DNA of 64,000 nucleotides from positions 138,202-202,201 of the forward strand of contig NIVC01002128.1 in the NCBI GenBank assembly GCA_002269645.1, in the 5' to 3' direction. The notes under the pieces were generated by a model. The model had not been told where the DNA came from. It saw only the letters and a list, made by a program, of their open reading frames with translations, and made no database searches. Below are positions 31,701 to 43,517 of this stretch, in pieces. Origin of the DNA: Macrostomum lignano. Lineage: Eukaryota. The position numbers and the translations under genes are program-made. The stretch's first letter is position 1. Each line of letters starts with the position of its first letter.

Positions 31701-34700
31701 TATCCTTAAAACGTCAACTACTAAGCAGCAAGCGCACCTGATGAATGCTATCAACAGCCTGCAGAACGTGCGACATCCACTGGAAGCACTGGTCCTCATT
31801 GGCGTCCGGTCTCTGCTCGGCCGCTATGATAATTCGTTCGTCGTTTAAAATTCTCTGACTAAAAACGGCGATCCGGCCGCGGAATACAAATTTGAGAGGC
31901 TCAACTGCCAGCACCGTGGCGATCAGATCGTCTGAGTTGTGCCGCCTGCCAGCCACCGTCATCAGGCCTTCCAGGCTGCCGCACACGAACACGAGACCGC
32001 CCTGTGGGGGGGGGATGGAGGGTTTGGTGAGTGCAGCCGCTCGAGATCGGGACTTCTCATGCTGCAGGATTCCTCTATTTTGATTAGGAACATTGGAGTG
32101 TGCGATGCAAAGCGATAGAATTAAAGGTGACGGTTAGGGAGGCGGAGTGGGACAGAAACTGAGAGGAAGACAGGGAGACAGAGAGGGGGAGACAGAGAGG
32201 TAGCCGGAGAGTGATATGGAGGTGCCGGAGAAGAAGAGGGAGACAGAGAGGGCCAGATAGAGAGACGGAGAGGGAGATGAAGGGAGACGGAGGTAGAGAG
32301 GGAGACAGAGAGGAGGTGGAGAGGAAGGCGGAGGTGGAGACAGAGAGGGAGATAGAGAGGGAGACAGAGATAGAGGGAGATGGAGATATAGATAAAGACA
32401 GGGAAGGCGGAGAGGGAGACAGAGGGGAAGGCGGTGAGGGAGACAGAGGGGAAGGCGGAGAGGGAGACAGAGGGGAAGCACAGACCATATAGAATATAGA
32501 CTGCGAATCTCGGGGGCCTGCCCAGGCGCGTTGTGGGACAAAAAAGCAACACAAAAAATGGTCCTTCCACAAAGCCCCAACTTCGATCGATATGTGGGAC
32601 AAAAAATGGGCAAGTGCAAGTTTTCAAGCTTAAAATTTACTTATTATAAAGAGTTTAAAACCCCAGGGAGGCAAAATAAATGTAAATTAGATTTGAATTG
32701 AATTGAAATTGAATTGAATTAAATTGAATTTGATTTGAATTAGAATTTCCTTGCAAAAAACCAATTAAAGCATTCTTATCCATGCAGCCTCAGCCAGCTT
32801 CTATAGTGTATCAAAAAAGAGAAAAGCGCCAGAAAATGTGGCAACTATTGCTGTGCTCAGGGAGCTGAACAAGAAGCACCAGCGACTAAGGGCGCGGTCA
32901 AAGTCACTGACAGAAATTGTGAAAGTGCTGTAGGCAAAGAATATTGTGGATGAAGCTGCAGCATCCCGTCTGCAGGTTCTGTCATCAAATTCATTGTTGA
33001 GCTGTCTAGTGCCAACTAAAAACAAGAGGATAAAAAATTTCCTCCTGAAGTTCGGCGATTTGCTTCCACGTTGCACTATTACAGTCCTAAAGCAGACAAA
33101 CACGTGAGAAACTTTTTCCAGCTTCCGTGCATCCATCTTCTCTACGGAAATGGATCTCAAGTGTGTACGATGCCTTCCAGGATTCTGCGTCCAAGCATTC
33201 CAAGAACTAACTATACGTACGGCTCGTATTCTGCTGAACACCGAAACGATTATTCGCCGCTCCGGCTTTGATAGCTGCTTTTCAAGCTCCATCGCTGTTC
33301 AAGAGACTGATAATGTCCAGCGCGCTGTTCTCTGAATTAGATTCGCATTCAGCAGCTGTTAGCACAGGTATTGAGTCACACAAGCTGCATTTGATGAAAG
33401 TTATGAGCATGTTTTACATCAGAATTCGCATGAAGAAAATTGCGAAAGACATGTCGCACTTATTAAGAAAGGCAGGAAAGAGACAGAAGCTGCTGCGCAC
33501 AGCAATTTTTCTTAATCTGTGAGCGCTTGGACTCTGAAGGATATTTCGGGGTACGCAGCTTAATTTAACTACTTTTTTATGTATTTGATTTTCGCGGCGT
33601 TTTATGTAAAAAAGAAGAAAAAATGTATCTCAATTGCATGTGTCCAATAGGAGCACAATGGAAAAGAGACCCGCCCTGTACCACATATTGATCGAGCTGG
33701 GGTGGGTGAGAGGGACCAGTTTCTTATGGGGGAAAATGGCCCACTTTTTTCTTCACTTTACTGGTCTATATTCTATATGGTCTGTGAGGGGAAGGCGGTG
33801 AGGGAGACAGAGGGGAAGGCGGTGAGGGAGACAGAGGGGAAGGCGGTGAAGGAGACAGAGGGGAAGGCGGTGAGGTAGACAGAGGGGATCGAGACGGGGA
33901 GTGAGACAGCCAGAGACGGAGGTGGAGGGAGACGGGGAGGAAAGCAAAGAAGGGAGACGGTGATGAGTTGAACACAACAGATGGATAGATTATATAAGTC
34001 CCCTCACAGTCACAAACAGTTCAACTACTAAAAACGTGAAACAGAAAAAAGGCAGACTTCCGCAAAGAATGCAAAAATCCACTCTGCCAAAGGAACTTAA
34101 GCCCTGGAAAAATACAGCCAGTTATCAGCGATCTCGGAAGCTTATCAAATTAATAAATTAATAAATACTAAGCACTGAACAGTTGCTATCAAGCACAATC
34201 CAGACAGCCAGTCAGCAGATAGCGGAACAGTGTAAAGTTTTATTTCACCCAGGCCAAATCAGGACACACACTGCGGGGACAGACACCAGCTGATAGCAGA
34301 GCTGCCGTAGTGTCAAATTTGTGTACAGTGCTGGCTAAGCTAAACACTATGCCTAATACGCTAGGGTCATTGGGGTTGACTTGTACAATGCGCATACTGT
34401 ACTGAAATCTATAGAAGATTAAAATGTAGATATGCATGCCGCTATGGATTTAGGACACAAGAATGTATTTAAAAATAAATGCGCATTTACAATATAAGCA
34501 TACATGCATAAATTTGGTCTCATAAATCTAAGTCATACACTTGTCTTATAAAGGATCATCTATCATAAGGAAGTACACCCAGACTAATAAAGGCAGTTTA
34601 AAAACACACACAGACACACACTAGAATGCTAGAGCAACTTTGTGAGGTTTCTAATTATGGTTGCACATTCAAACCTGATACATTCAACATTCACTGGTGG

Positions 34701-34802
34701 TGGTGTTCTAATAATACAAGAAGCTAAGAAAGCACATGTTGATTAAATGAACGAAAGATAAACAGATACGAGCGTAGATGACAGACACACCGACAGACAG
34801 AC

Positions 34803-34899
<97 letters not shown>

Positions 34900-37800
34900 C
34901 ACAGACAGACAGACACACAGACAGACGCACAGAGACACACAAGCACAGACTCACCGAAGAAGGCGGCCCCAAGAAGCCGAGCAGTCCGGTGCGCACGAAG
35001 ACCTCCCTATCGGAGATGGGCGCCCCGGTGGCGGCGGTGAGAGGCTGGCAGCGGAACACCTGGTTGCTCAGGCCGGCCAGGCCCCAGTACTTGTGGGCGG
35101 CGTACCTGGCTGACACGCAGATCTCGCCGACCTCGTCCTGTCGGCACAGAAACGGCTGGGCGGGAGCCAGACGGACCACAGCGACGGCGCCGGCGGGCAT
35201 GACGAGGCCGCAGTCCTGCAGCGTCAGCGAAGTGTAGGAGTTCTCAGAGTCCACCCGGACAACGCCGTGGCTGAGGCCCTGCATGCTCAGCACTCCGCGG
35301 CCGCTGGTGGCGGCTCCGGAGCCGGCGGGACGGCGCAGCGCCACAGTCAGGGACTCGCAGGAGTAGGCGCACGGGCACAGAGCTTCGGGCCGAAGTCCTC
35401 GCGGCTGGAATACGCTCAGAAATGAGTCGCAGGACGTCAGCGACCAGGGATTGGCGCCATCGGCCACCAGGAGGCACCGCAGAGAGTTCAGGTTCACTTC
35501 GCGATGATCTCGCTGGGTGAGCAGCGACCAGTACAAATCCCGTGATTTCGCCAGAGCCACTCCGATGCGTTGCTTAGCAACCAGTCTAAGCCAGCAGGAC
35601 GGGTCCTGCTTCATCACGGCGTAGGGCACGAACACGACGCTCATGCCGTAATACGCCGCGGCCAACACCGCGTGCCACAGGCCCAGCTCGCGTTTCGGGT
35701 CCACCAGGCACACCAGCGACTCCCCGCTAGCGTAGCCGCAGGCGGCGCCGATTGAGCGCGTGTGCGCCAGGGCGGCGCCGCGACTAACGCAGACGCCGCG
35801 CACGGAGCCGTCGCGACCCCAGGCGTATTCAACATAGGCCAGCGAGGCCGAGTCCAGACCGCCTGACTGCAGCGACGGCGGCTGCCAGTCCTTGGGCGGA
35901 TTGGACTGATTGGCGTCCACCAGGGCCCAGAATAGACTGCGAGGCCAGCCCTGGTACGTGAGCTGCCATTGATTTGGATGGGTTTTTTGATTGGATGGGA
36001 TTTCAAACTTTGATCGGATGGGATTTCAAATCATGATTGGGTGGTATTTTTAATCTTGATTGGGTGGTATTTTTAATCATTATTGGATGGGATTTCAAAT
36101 CTTGATTGGATGGGATTTTAAATCTTGATTGCATGGGATTTAAAATCTTGATTGGATGGGATTTTTAATCTTGATTGGATGGGATTTCAAATCTTGATTG
36201 CATGGGATTTGAAATCATGATTGGATGGGATTTTTAATCTTGATTGGATGGGATTTCAAATCTTGATTGCATGGGATTTGAAATCATGATTGGATGGGAT
36301 TTTTAATCTTGATTGGATGGGATTTGAAATCATGATTGGATGGGATTTTTAATCTTGATTGGATGGGATTTTTAATCTTGATTGGATGGGATTTTTAATC
36401 TTGATTGGATGGTATTTTTAATCATGATTGGATGGGATTTCAAATCTTGATTGCATAGGATTTGAAATCATGATTGGATGGGATTTTTTTATCTTGATTG
36501 GATGGGATTTTAAATCTTGATTGGATGGGATTTCAAATCTTGATTCGGTGGGATTTTTAATCATGATCGGATGGGATTTTAAACTCTGATTGGATGGGAT
36601 TTCAAACTCTTGATTGGATGGGATTTGTAATCTTGATCGGATGGGATTTCAAATCTTGATTGGATGGGATTTGTAATCTTGATCGGATGGGATTTCAAAT
36701 CTTGATTGGATGGGATTCAGCGTTTCAAACTCAATCGCGAGCTCACCTGATCGGACCCGCCGCCAGATGCCGACGTCCCAGTCGAGCCGGAAGCGGAAGC
36801 GGCGGCCGCAGCCGCAACAGCCTTTGGCGCAGTGCGAATAAACGCTTCTGTGGTGAGCAGCACTCGAATATCCAGGGAGCTGAGCAGAAAGCCGGTGGCG
36901 GACGCGCACAGCGGCGGCGCCTCAACCGGAACCGGAACCAATCCAGCGAACTGCGAGGCCAGGAAGGCAATGACGAAGCTCACGGGGTCCGAGTTCGGCA
37001 CGGCGATGGCTACTCGGTCTCCCGGTTTCAAGCTCGAATCGCCGCGATGCCCCAGCCGATTGAGCAGAGTGTAGGCCAGCTTCTTCGATCTGTTCAGCAG
37101 CTTGGCGAAGCTCAGGCAGCTGCTCAGCTTGCCTGACAATTCCAGGCAGGCCACGGCCTGGGTTCGAGCCTGCGGCCCGGCGGCAGTCCGCATCAGCGAC
37201 TCCTCAAGCGAGGCGGCCGCGCCAGGCCCCGTGATGAGCGACTCCCCCACGGCCGGCCGCGACTCCTCGCCCTGCGGCCGCGGCGCGTTGGCATCGACGC
37301 CGCCACCGTCTGGCGAGTCAGACGTTGTCAGCGTCACGTCGGCAGCGTCGGGCGCGGAGGCAGTGGCGGATGATCCGCCGGCGGCTGCCGAGGTTGATCC
37401 GCCTGCAGCTGTCGGCTGTCGCTGCTTCGGCCTCGCCAGCGTTGCCACCAGCTGCTGGATCTTCGCCGAGGTGCGCGACTGGCCGTAGGGCCCCGACCGA
37501 TGATCCGAAGCTGCCGACGGCTGCGGCTCGGCAGAAGCGGCGGCGGCTGCGGCGGCCGAGGCTGCCAGGGTGACATCTGGAGGCTGCTGTCGGGAGCTCT
37601 GCTGCTGCTGCTGAGGATTTGGCGGTCGCTGCCGCTGCCGTTGCATCGGTGGAGTCTGGCTTTGCACTGCCGGTGGCTGCTGAATATGCCGACGCTGGAG
37701 CTGCTGGCTGGAGTCGCCGCTGCCGCCAGCCGGTCGGCTCTGATTGGTCGGCATGCCTAGATAATTATTGCCCTTGATAATGTACGTGTCGGATGAGCTG

Positions 37801-40800
37801 TAGCGAGATCGACTTGACTGATTAGTTGATGAGGCTGCAGCTGCGGCTGATGAAGCAGGAGGCTGGGGCTGGACTGGCTCCGATTGCTGGTGCTGCCTGA
37901 GCTGGCGCTGCTGCCTGCCGCTGCTACTAGAAGAGCCGCCAACAGAAGACGCCGAAGCCGCAGATTTGGCCAGGGAATGTCCAGCGCCGCCACCGCCGCC
38001 TGCCCCGCCGACAGACGAGGAAGCCAATGAGGATTCAACTGACGCGTCGTCAAGCGTCGAATGCTCCCCATCGGCGGGATGTCGATCGTCCACCACTACT
38101 TCTTCGTCATCATCGTCATCGGCGAGGTCGCTGCCGGATCCGGCGGAGGCGTCCTCTTCGCTGTCTGCAGTGCGGAGCAGTCAGTTCGATAATAAACGCG
38201 ATTAGTTTAGCTAGCAATAACTCAGTACACAGTGTACTCGAATAGTTCTTTCTTGGGAAACTTCTGGTGGCCGAAAACCAGAGCTCACGGACAGTCATTG
38301 CTCATTCCGCAGTTACTGTTTATAGTCTTATTAATCATTATATTAGTAACAGGTAGGTTTATGTTAATTACGTATCTTTTTAATATTAATTACTTATGTG
38401 TATAATTTAAATTTTAAATTTTTGACGGCAAACCTCTCTCTATCCGGCCCTCAGGTCCTTTCAAACTTTACAATAGAGATCTACCCGCTCAAGTTTTGTC
38501 TCTTCTCAGCTCCTCTCTCCCTCTCTCTTCCAATCCTTTCTCCCCATTCCCCTCTCCCTATTCCATTCTCCCTATTCCCCTTTCCCCTCTCCCTATTCCC
38601 CTCTCCCTATTCCCCTCTCCCCATTCCCCTCTCCCTATTCCTCTCTCCCTCTCTCTTCCATTCCTCTCTCCAAATTCCCCTCTCCCTATTCCATTCTCCC
38701 TATTCCCCTTTCCCCTCTCCCTATTCCCCTCTCCCTATTCCCCTCTCCCATTCCCCTCTCCCCATTCCCCTCTCCCTATTCCTCTCTCCCTCTCTCTTCC
38801 ATTCCTCTCTCCCCATTCCCCTCTCCCTATTCCTCTCTCCCTATTCCTCTCTCCCTATTCCTCTCTCCCTCTCTCTTCCATTCCTCTCTCCCCATTCCCC
38901 TCTCCCTACTCCTCTCTCCCCATTCCCCTCTCCCCATTCCCCTCTCCCCATTCCCCTCACTATTCCCCTCTCCCTATTCCTCTCTCCCTATTCCCCTCTC
39001 CCTATTCCATTCTCCCTATTCCATTCTCCCCATTCCCCTCTCCCTTTTCCATTCTCCCCATTCCCCTCTCCCTATTCCATTCTCCCTATTCCATTCTCCC
39101 CATTCCCCTCTCCCTATTCCCCTCTCCCTATTCCATTCTCCCTATTCCCCTCTCCCTATTCCCCTCTCCCCATTCCCCTCTCCCTATTCCCCTCTCCCCA
39201 TTCCCCTCTCCCTATTCCCCTCTTCCTATTCCCCTCTCCCTATTCCATTCTCCCTATTCCATTCTCCCCATTCCCCTCTCCCTATTCCCCTCTCCCTATT
39301 CCATTCTCCCTATTCCCCTCTCCCTATTCCCCTCTCCCCATTCCCCTCTCCCTATTCCCCTCTCCCCATTCCCCTCTCCCTATTCCCCTCTCCCTATTCC
39401 CCTCTCCCCATTCCCCTCTCCCTATTCCATTCTCCATATTCCCCTCTCCCTATTCCATTCTCCCTATTCCCCTCTCCCCATTCCTCTCCCCCCATTACTC
39501 TCTCCCTATTCCTCTCTCCCTATTCCTCTGTCCCCATTCCCCTCTCCCCATTCCCCTCTCCCCATTCCCCTTTTCTATCTCCCTCTTCTCTCTCACCTCT
39601 TCTCGTCCTCTTCTCTCTCCTCTCCCATTTCTATTTTCTTATTTTCTCTACTCTCATGTCATCTCTCACCTCTCCTCTCTTCTGCAATCTCTCATCTTCT
39701 CTCAGCTCTCCTTTCCTCTCTCACCTGGCCCTTGAAGTAAAAAAGTTTGCCCACCACTGCTTTAGGCCATTCGATTTTGAATCATTCTCGGTAACATAAA
39801 GCTGTTTCCTAGGACAGTGATTTTTCAACAAAAATTGAAAGGTGTGGCTGATTGAGTTGATGTGCATCTTGACCAAATAAACCATCCATGGGATGGCTAC
39901 GAATAACAGAAATCATGATCAATTGACAAATTATCCACATTTAGTACAGACTCGATCTTACAAAGCTTTATTAGTATATACAGTAAATAAATTTCTAGCT
40001 TCCGTATACGCCAGCACTACCTGGAAAGATTTTGAAACAAAGATTTGAACGCGAAACGCATATCAAGTAGGAATTCAGCAGATAGGTTTCTTAGAAAACT
40101 ATTGAAGGCTGAATTTATGCAAAACATTGCAATAAATGATGTTTTACTTTCTAGCTAAACTTTTTGCAGATTGATCACGTGGATATTAGATACTTTCGAT
40201 ACATATCGGCTAGGTGATAAAAAGTCAGTACTTATTTCGCGTAAAAAAACAAGCCTTCAAAAAATTTTTCTAAGAAACGATCACTAATTCGAACAAGTGC
40301 CGCTTGGACCCGTGAACTTGAACTCACAGTGCTCCCGATCGGCCGACGCAAACGCGGCCGCTCCCGTAGCCGATTGCGTCATCGCCGACGAAGGCTGCCT
40401 TCGCACCGCTGCCAGCGGCATCGCCGTGCTGCTGCCGCCGCCGTGACTTCCCGCCCCGCCGCCAGTCGAAGGCCCAGCACTCTCGCGGTGCTTGGCCAGC
40501 GCGGCCTGAACTGCTTCGGTGCGGATGTCCGACTGATAGCGCAGATCGTCGCGTCGGTGATGCCGAGGACGTCGGATTCGAGGACTACCGCCGCTACTGT
40601 CGTCTGGACTGGCGTCTTTGGGCCGGGACTGGGACTGGGACTGGGACTGGGCCTGTGACTGGGACTGGGCCTGGGTATTAGGAGGCTGCTGCCGGCCCAC
40701 GTAGGGGTCTAGAAGCTTGGCTCGCTTCTTCTCGTAGCCTTTCTGCGTGATGTCGCCTGGTGTTGCAGGAATATTGCAGCTTTAATTATTCCCAATGAAA

Positions 40801-43451
40801 CTGAAGTCTGGCATGACCCACAGCTAGACTGACATGACCCACAGCTAGACTGACATGAACCACAGCTAGATTGACATGACCCACAGCTAGACTGACTGAC
40901 TGACATGACCCATAGCTGACCCAAACTTAAACCAACATGACCTAAACCTTTTGACATGGCCCATATCTAGACTGATACAACCTAACACCCAGACTGATAT
41001 GACCCAATACCTAGACTAATATGACCTAATGCCTAGACTGATATGACCTACATGTACTTCTATAGTGACAACAGAAACCTAGATTGATTGAACCCTTAGA
41101 CTAATTTAATAGTGTCAAATAATGTGACCTAAAATTATCTATATCATAATAACCTAATTTTTACTCCTAATTCTATTTGCTAATAATACAAGTATATTAT
41201 GTGATATTACTATTAGCCAATGCTATCATTTTGGCATCTACTTGGACATTAATACCAAATTGACCCAGATTTTTAAAAGATAGATTGCATTTTATTTTCA
41301 AATAAAAAATAATTTATATAATTGCCTTAATATAATTGCATTATGCCTTAGTATGTAATCACACTAGTTTTTAGCAAGCAAGTGCAAAAATTAAAATTTT
41401 TTCCTATCAAAACAGAGGTGCAATAGGCAATTTTTTACCTAGCACAGTTTTTTTTTTACAATTTTCCCAAATGCAAAAATGCATTGCAATATTGCACCTA
41501 TTGCAATTTGTTGTTTCAAAAATGCTTTGCAATTTTTGCATATAAAATTCTATATTAGCTAAGCTTTAGCCATCTATTCTATGATTCAACTATAAAAATC
41601 TAATCTATACATATAAAAATCAAAACTCTGTCTGTGGACAAATTACTTTGCTATGGACTCCCAAACCACTCAACCAAATTATACCAAACTTTACACCCAC
41701 CCTAAACTTACTACGGAGAGTGTCGTAGGCTACTTTAAAATTTCCTAGACTCAAGTCTTCCTACCTAAAAGTACAAAAAACTGCTCAAAATGCGCGATTT
41801 TTTCACTAAATCCATCATAGCACTGCTCCACTTCTACCAATTCTCTTCAAATTTGACACAGATAATCTTCAACTATTTTGGCACAATCATGTAAAATTTC
41901 GAGTCTCAAAGTTAATCCTGAGCAGTGCTGTGCACTTTTAAAGTTAGGCTGTTTATTTTAGCGTAGCAACCACCCCAACCTCTGCCCGCCTGCCTCTCTT
42001 TCCCGATACCGATCTGGGCCTAGATGTGTAAAAGGGTTTCAAAATTGACTAACTTTCAGCTGCCATAAGTTTGCTCCACGTAAAGCGATTGACTTCAAAC
42101 TTGACACAATTCTTTATTGACTTATTCTCTATCTAAATGTAAAGTTTCAACTCTGTAACTCAACCGAAAAAGAAACTGTAAGCATGTGAAGTTTGTCTGC
42201 TTTTTCTGTTGTTTGCCACTCATCCAACTCATTCCCCCAGACGAAGGATCAGGCGATAAGGGCTCAATGTACATAGCAAATGTACAGTGTTTTGGAATAA
42301 CTTTTTAATAGCCTTCTCTGTATCCCCGGGAGTGGAGAGGCATAGAGAAGAGAGAGTTTAGCAAGAGATTCAAACTACTGTCCTCTGTATAGACAAGTCG
42401 CAGCAGTTAAACAAGGATGGCAAATCAAGGCTATGTGGGATGGTTTATAAAAATCGCAAAAAAATAATGAATAACTGATTACAATGCAATCCTACTAAAT
42501 TAGTTACACCATGAAAATTTTAACATTAAGATTCGCATAAGGTAACTTTAAAATTTAAATGGCCTCCTAAGAAATGCGTATTTCCTTGGTTGTTAGATTG
42601 CTGCAGACTGTGGTGGTGGAGCTGGAGAATGGAGATACACAAATTCCTCTCAGGGCTGCTAATTGGCCAGAAAGATGACGTGATTAAAGCATGAGAAATG
42701 ATAACAACCATGATAGTACTACATCCCATGATAGTACTTTCAAAGCAGGGATTGGCAGATTTTTATCTCCAAGGCCAGATAAAGAATCCAGCTCATGGCT
42801 GTGGGCCAGATGAGAGTGAAAAGGAAAAGTGGTGACAAGAGAACAGAGAAGAAGGGAGGAAGAAGCAAGAGAAGGGGAGAAAAGAAGGAGAGGAAAGAGT
42901 AAAGGTGAGAAGAGGGGAGAGATGAGACAGAGGATCGATGAGAAAAGAGAATAGAGAAGATTGAGAAGAGAGTAGAGATGAGAGAGCAGAAAGAAGATGA
43001 CAGAGGGTCAATAGGAGAGGAGAGATTAGAGAGGAGAGAGTAGAAAGGATAGAGAAGAGAGGAGATAAGAGGGGGAGAGAGGAGTGAGAAGAGAAGAGAT
43101 GGAGATAAGAGAGTGGTGAAAGAAGAGGGGAGAAAGGAGAAATGTGAGAGAACATCTGAGAGTAAAGATGACATATGAGAGAAGGGAGATGAGAGAGTAG
43201 AAATGAGAGTGAACAGACGAGAGATGGGAGAGTAGAGCGAAAAGAGGAGAGATAAGAAATAAGAGATAGGAGATGAGAGGTGAGACAAAGGGAGAGAGAA
43301 GTGAGTGAGGAGAGAGGAGGGAAGAGAATCAAAAGGATGGGGGAAATAGGGGAAAAGGAGGAGAGAGGAAAGGAAAGAGGGGAGAGATTAGAGATTAGAA
43401 GAGAGATGGGACAGGAGAGAGCAGAGACAAAAGGAGAGAGAGAGACGAAAG

Positions 43452-43485
<34 letters not shown>

Positions 43486-43486
43486 C

Positions 43487-43517
<31 letters not shown>

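Noticed and set aside
32801-33292. 163-aa minus-strand ORF inside the P-like element
   Set aside because: It is antisense to the frameshifted transposase remnant on the + strand and shows no recognisable motif.
38398-39740. Long ORFs of 445 and 414 aa (also 14011-14797, 19110-19772, 26304-26948, 27311-28220, 28384-28940, 42740-43760, 51384-52119)
   Set aside because: They are translations of tandem repeats lacking stop codons; several frames are open at once and there is no splice or codon support.
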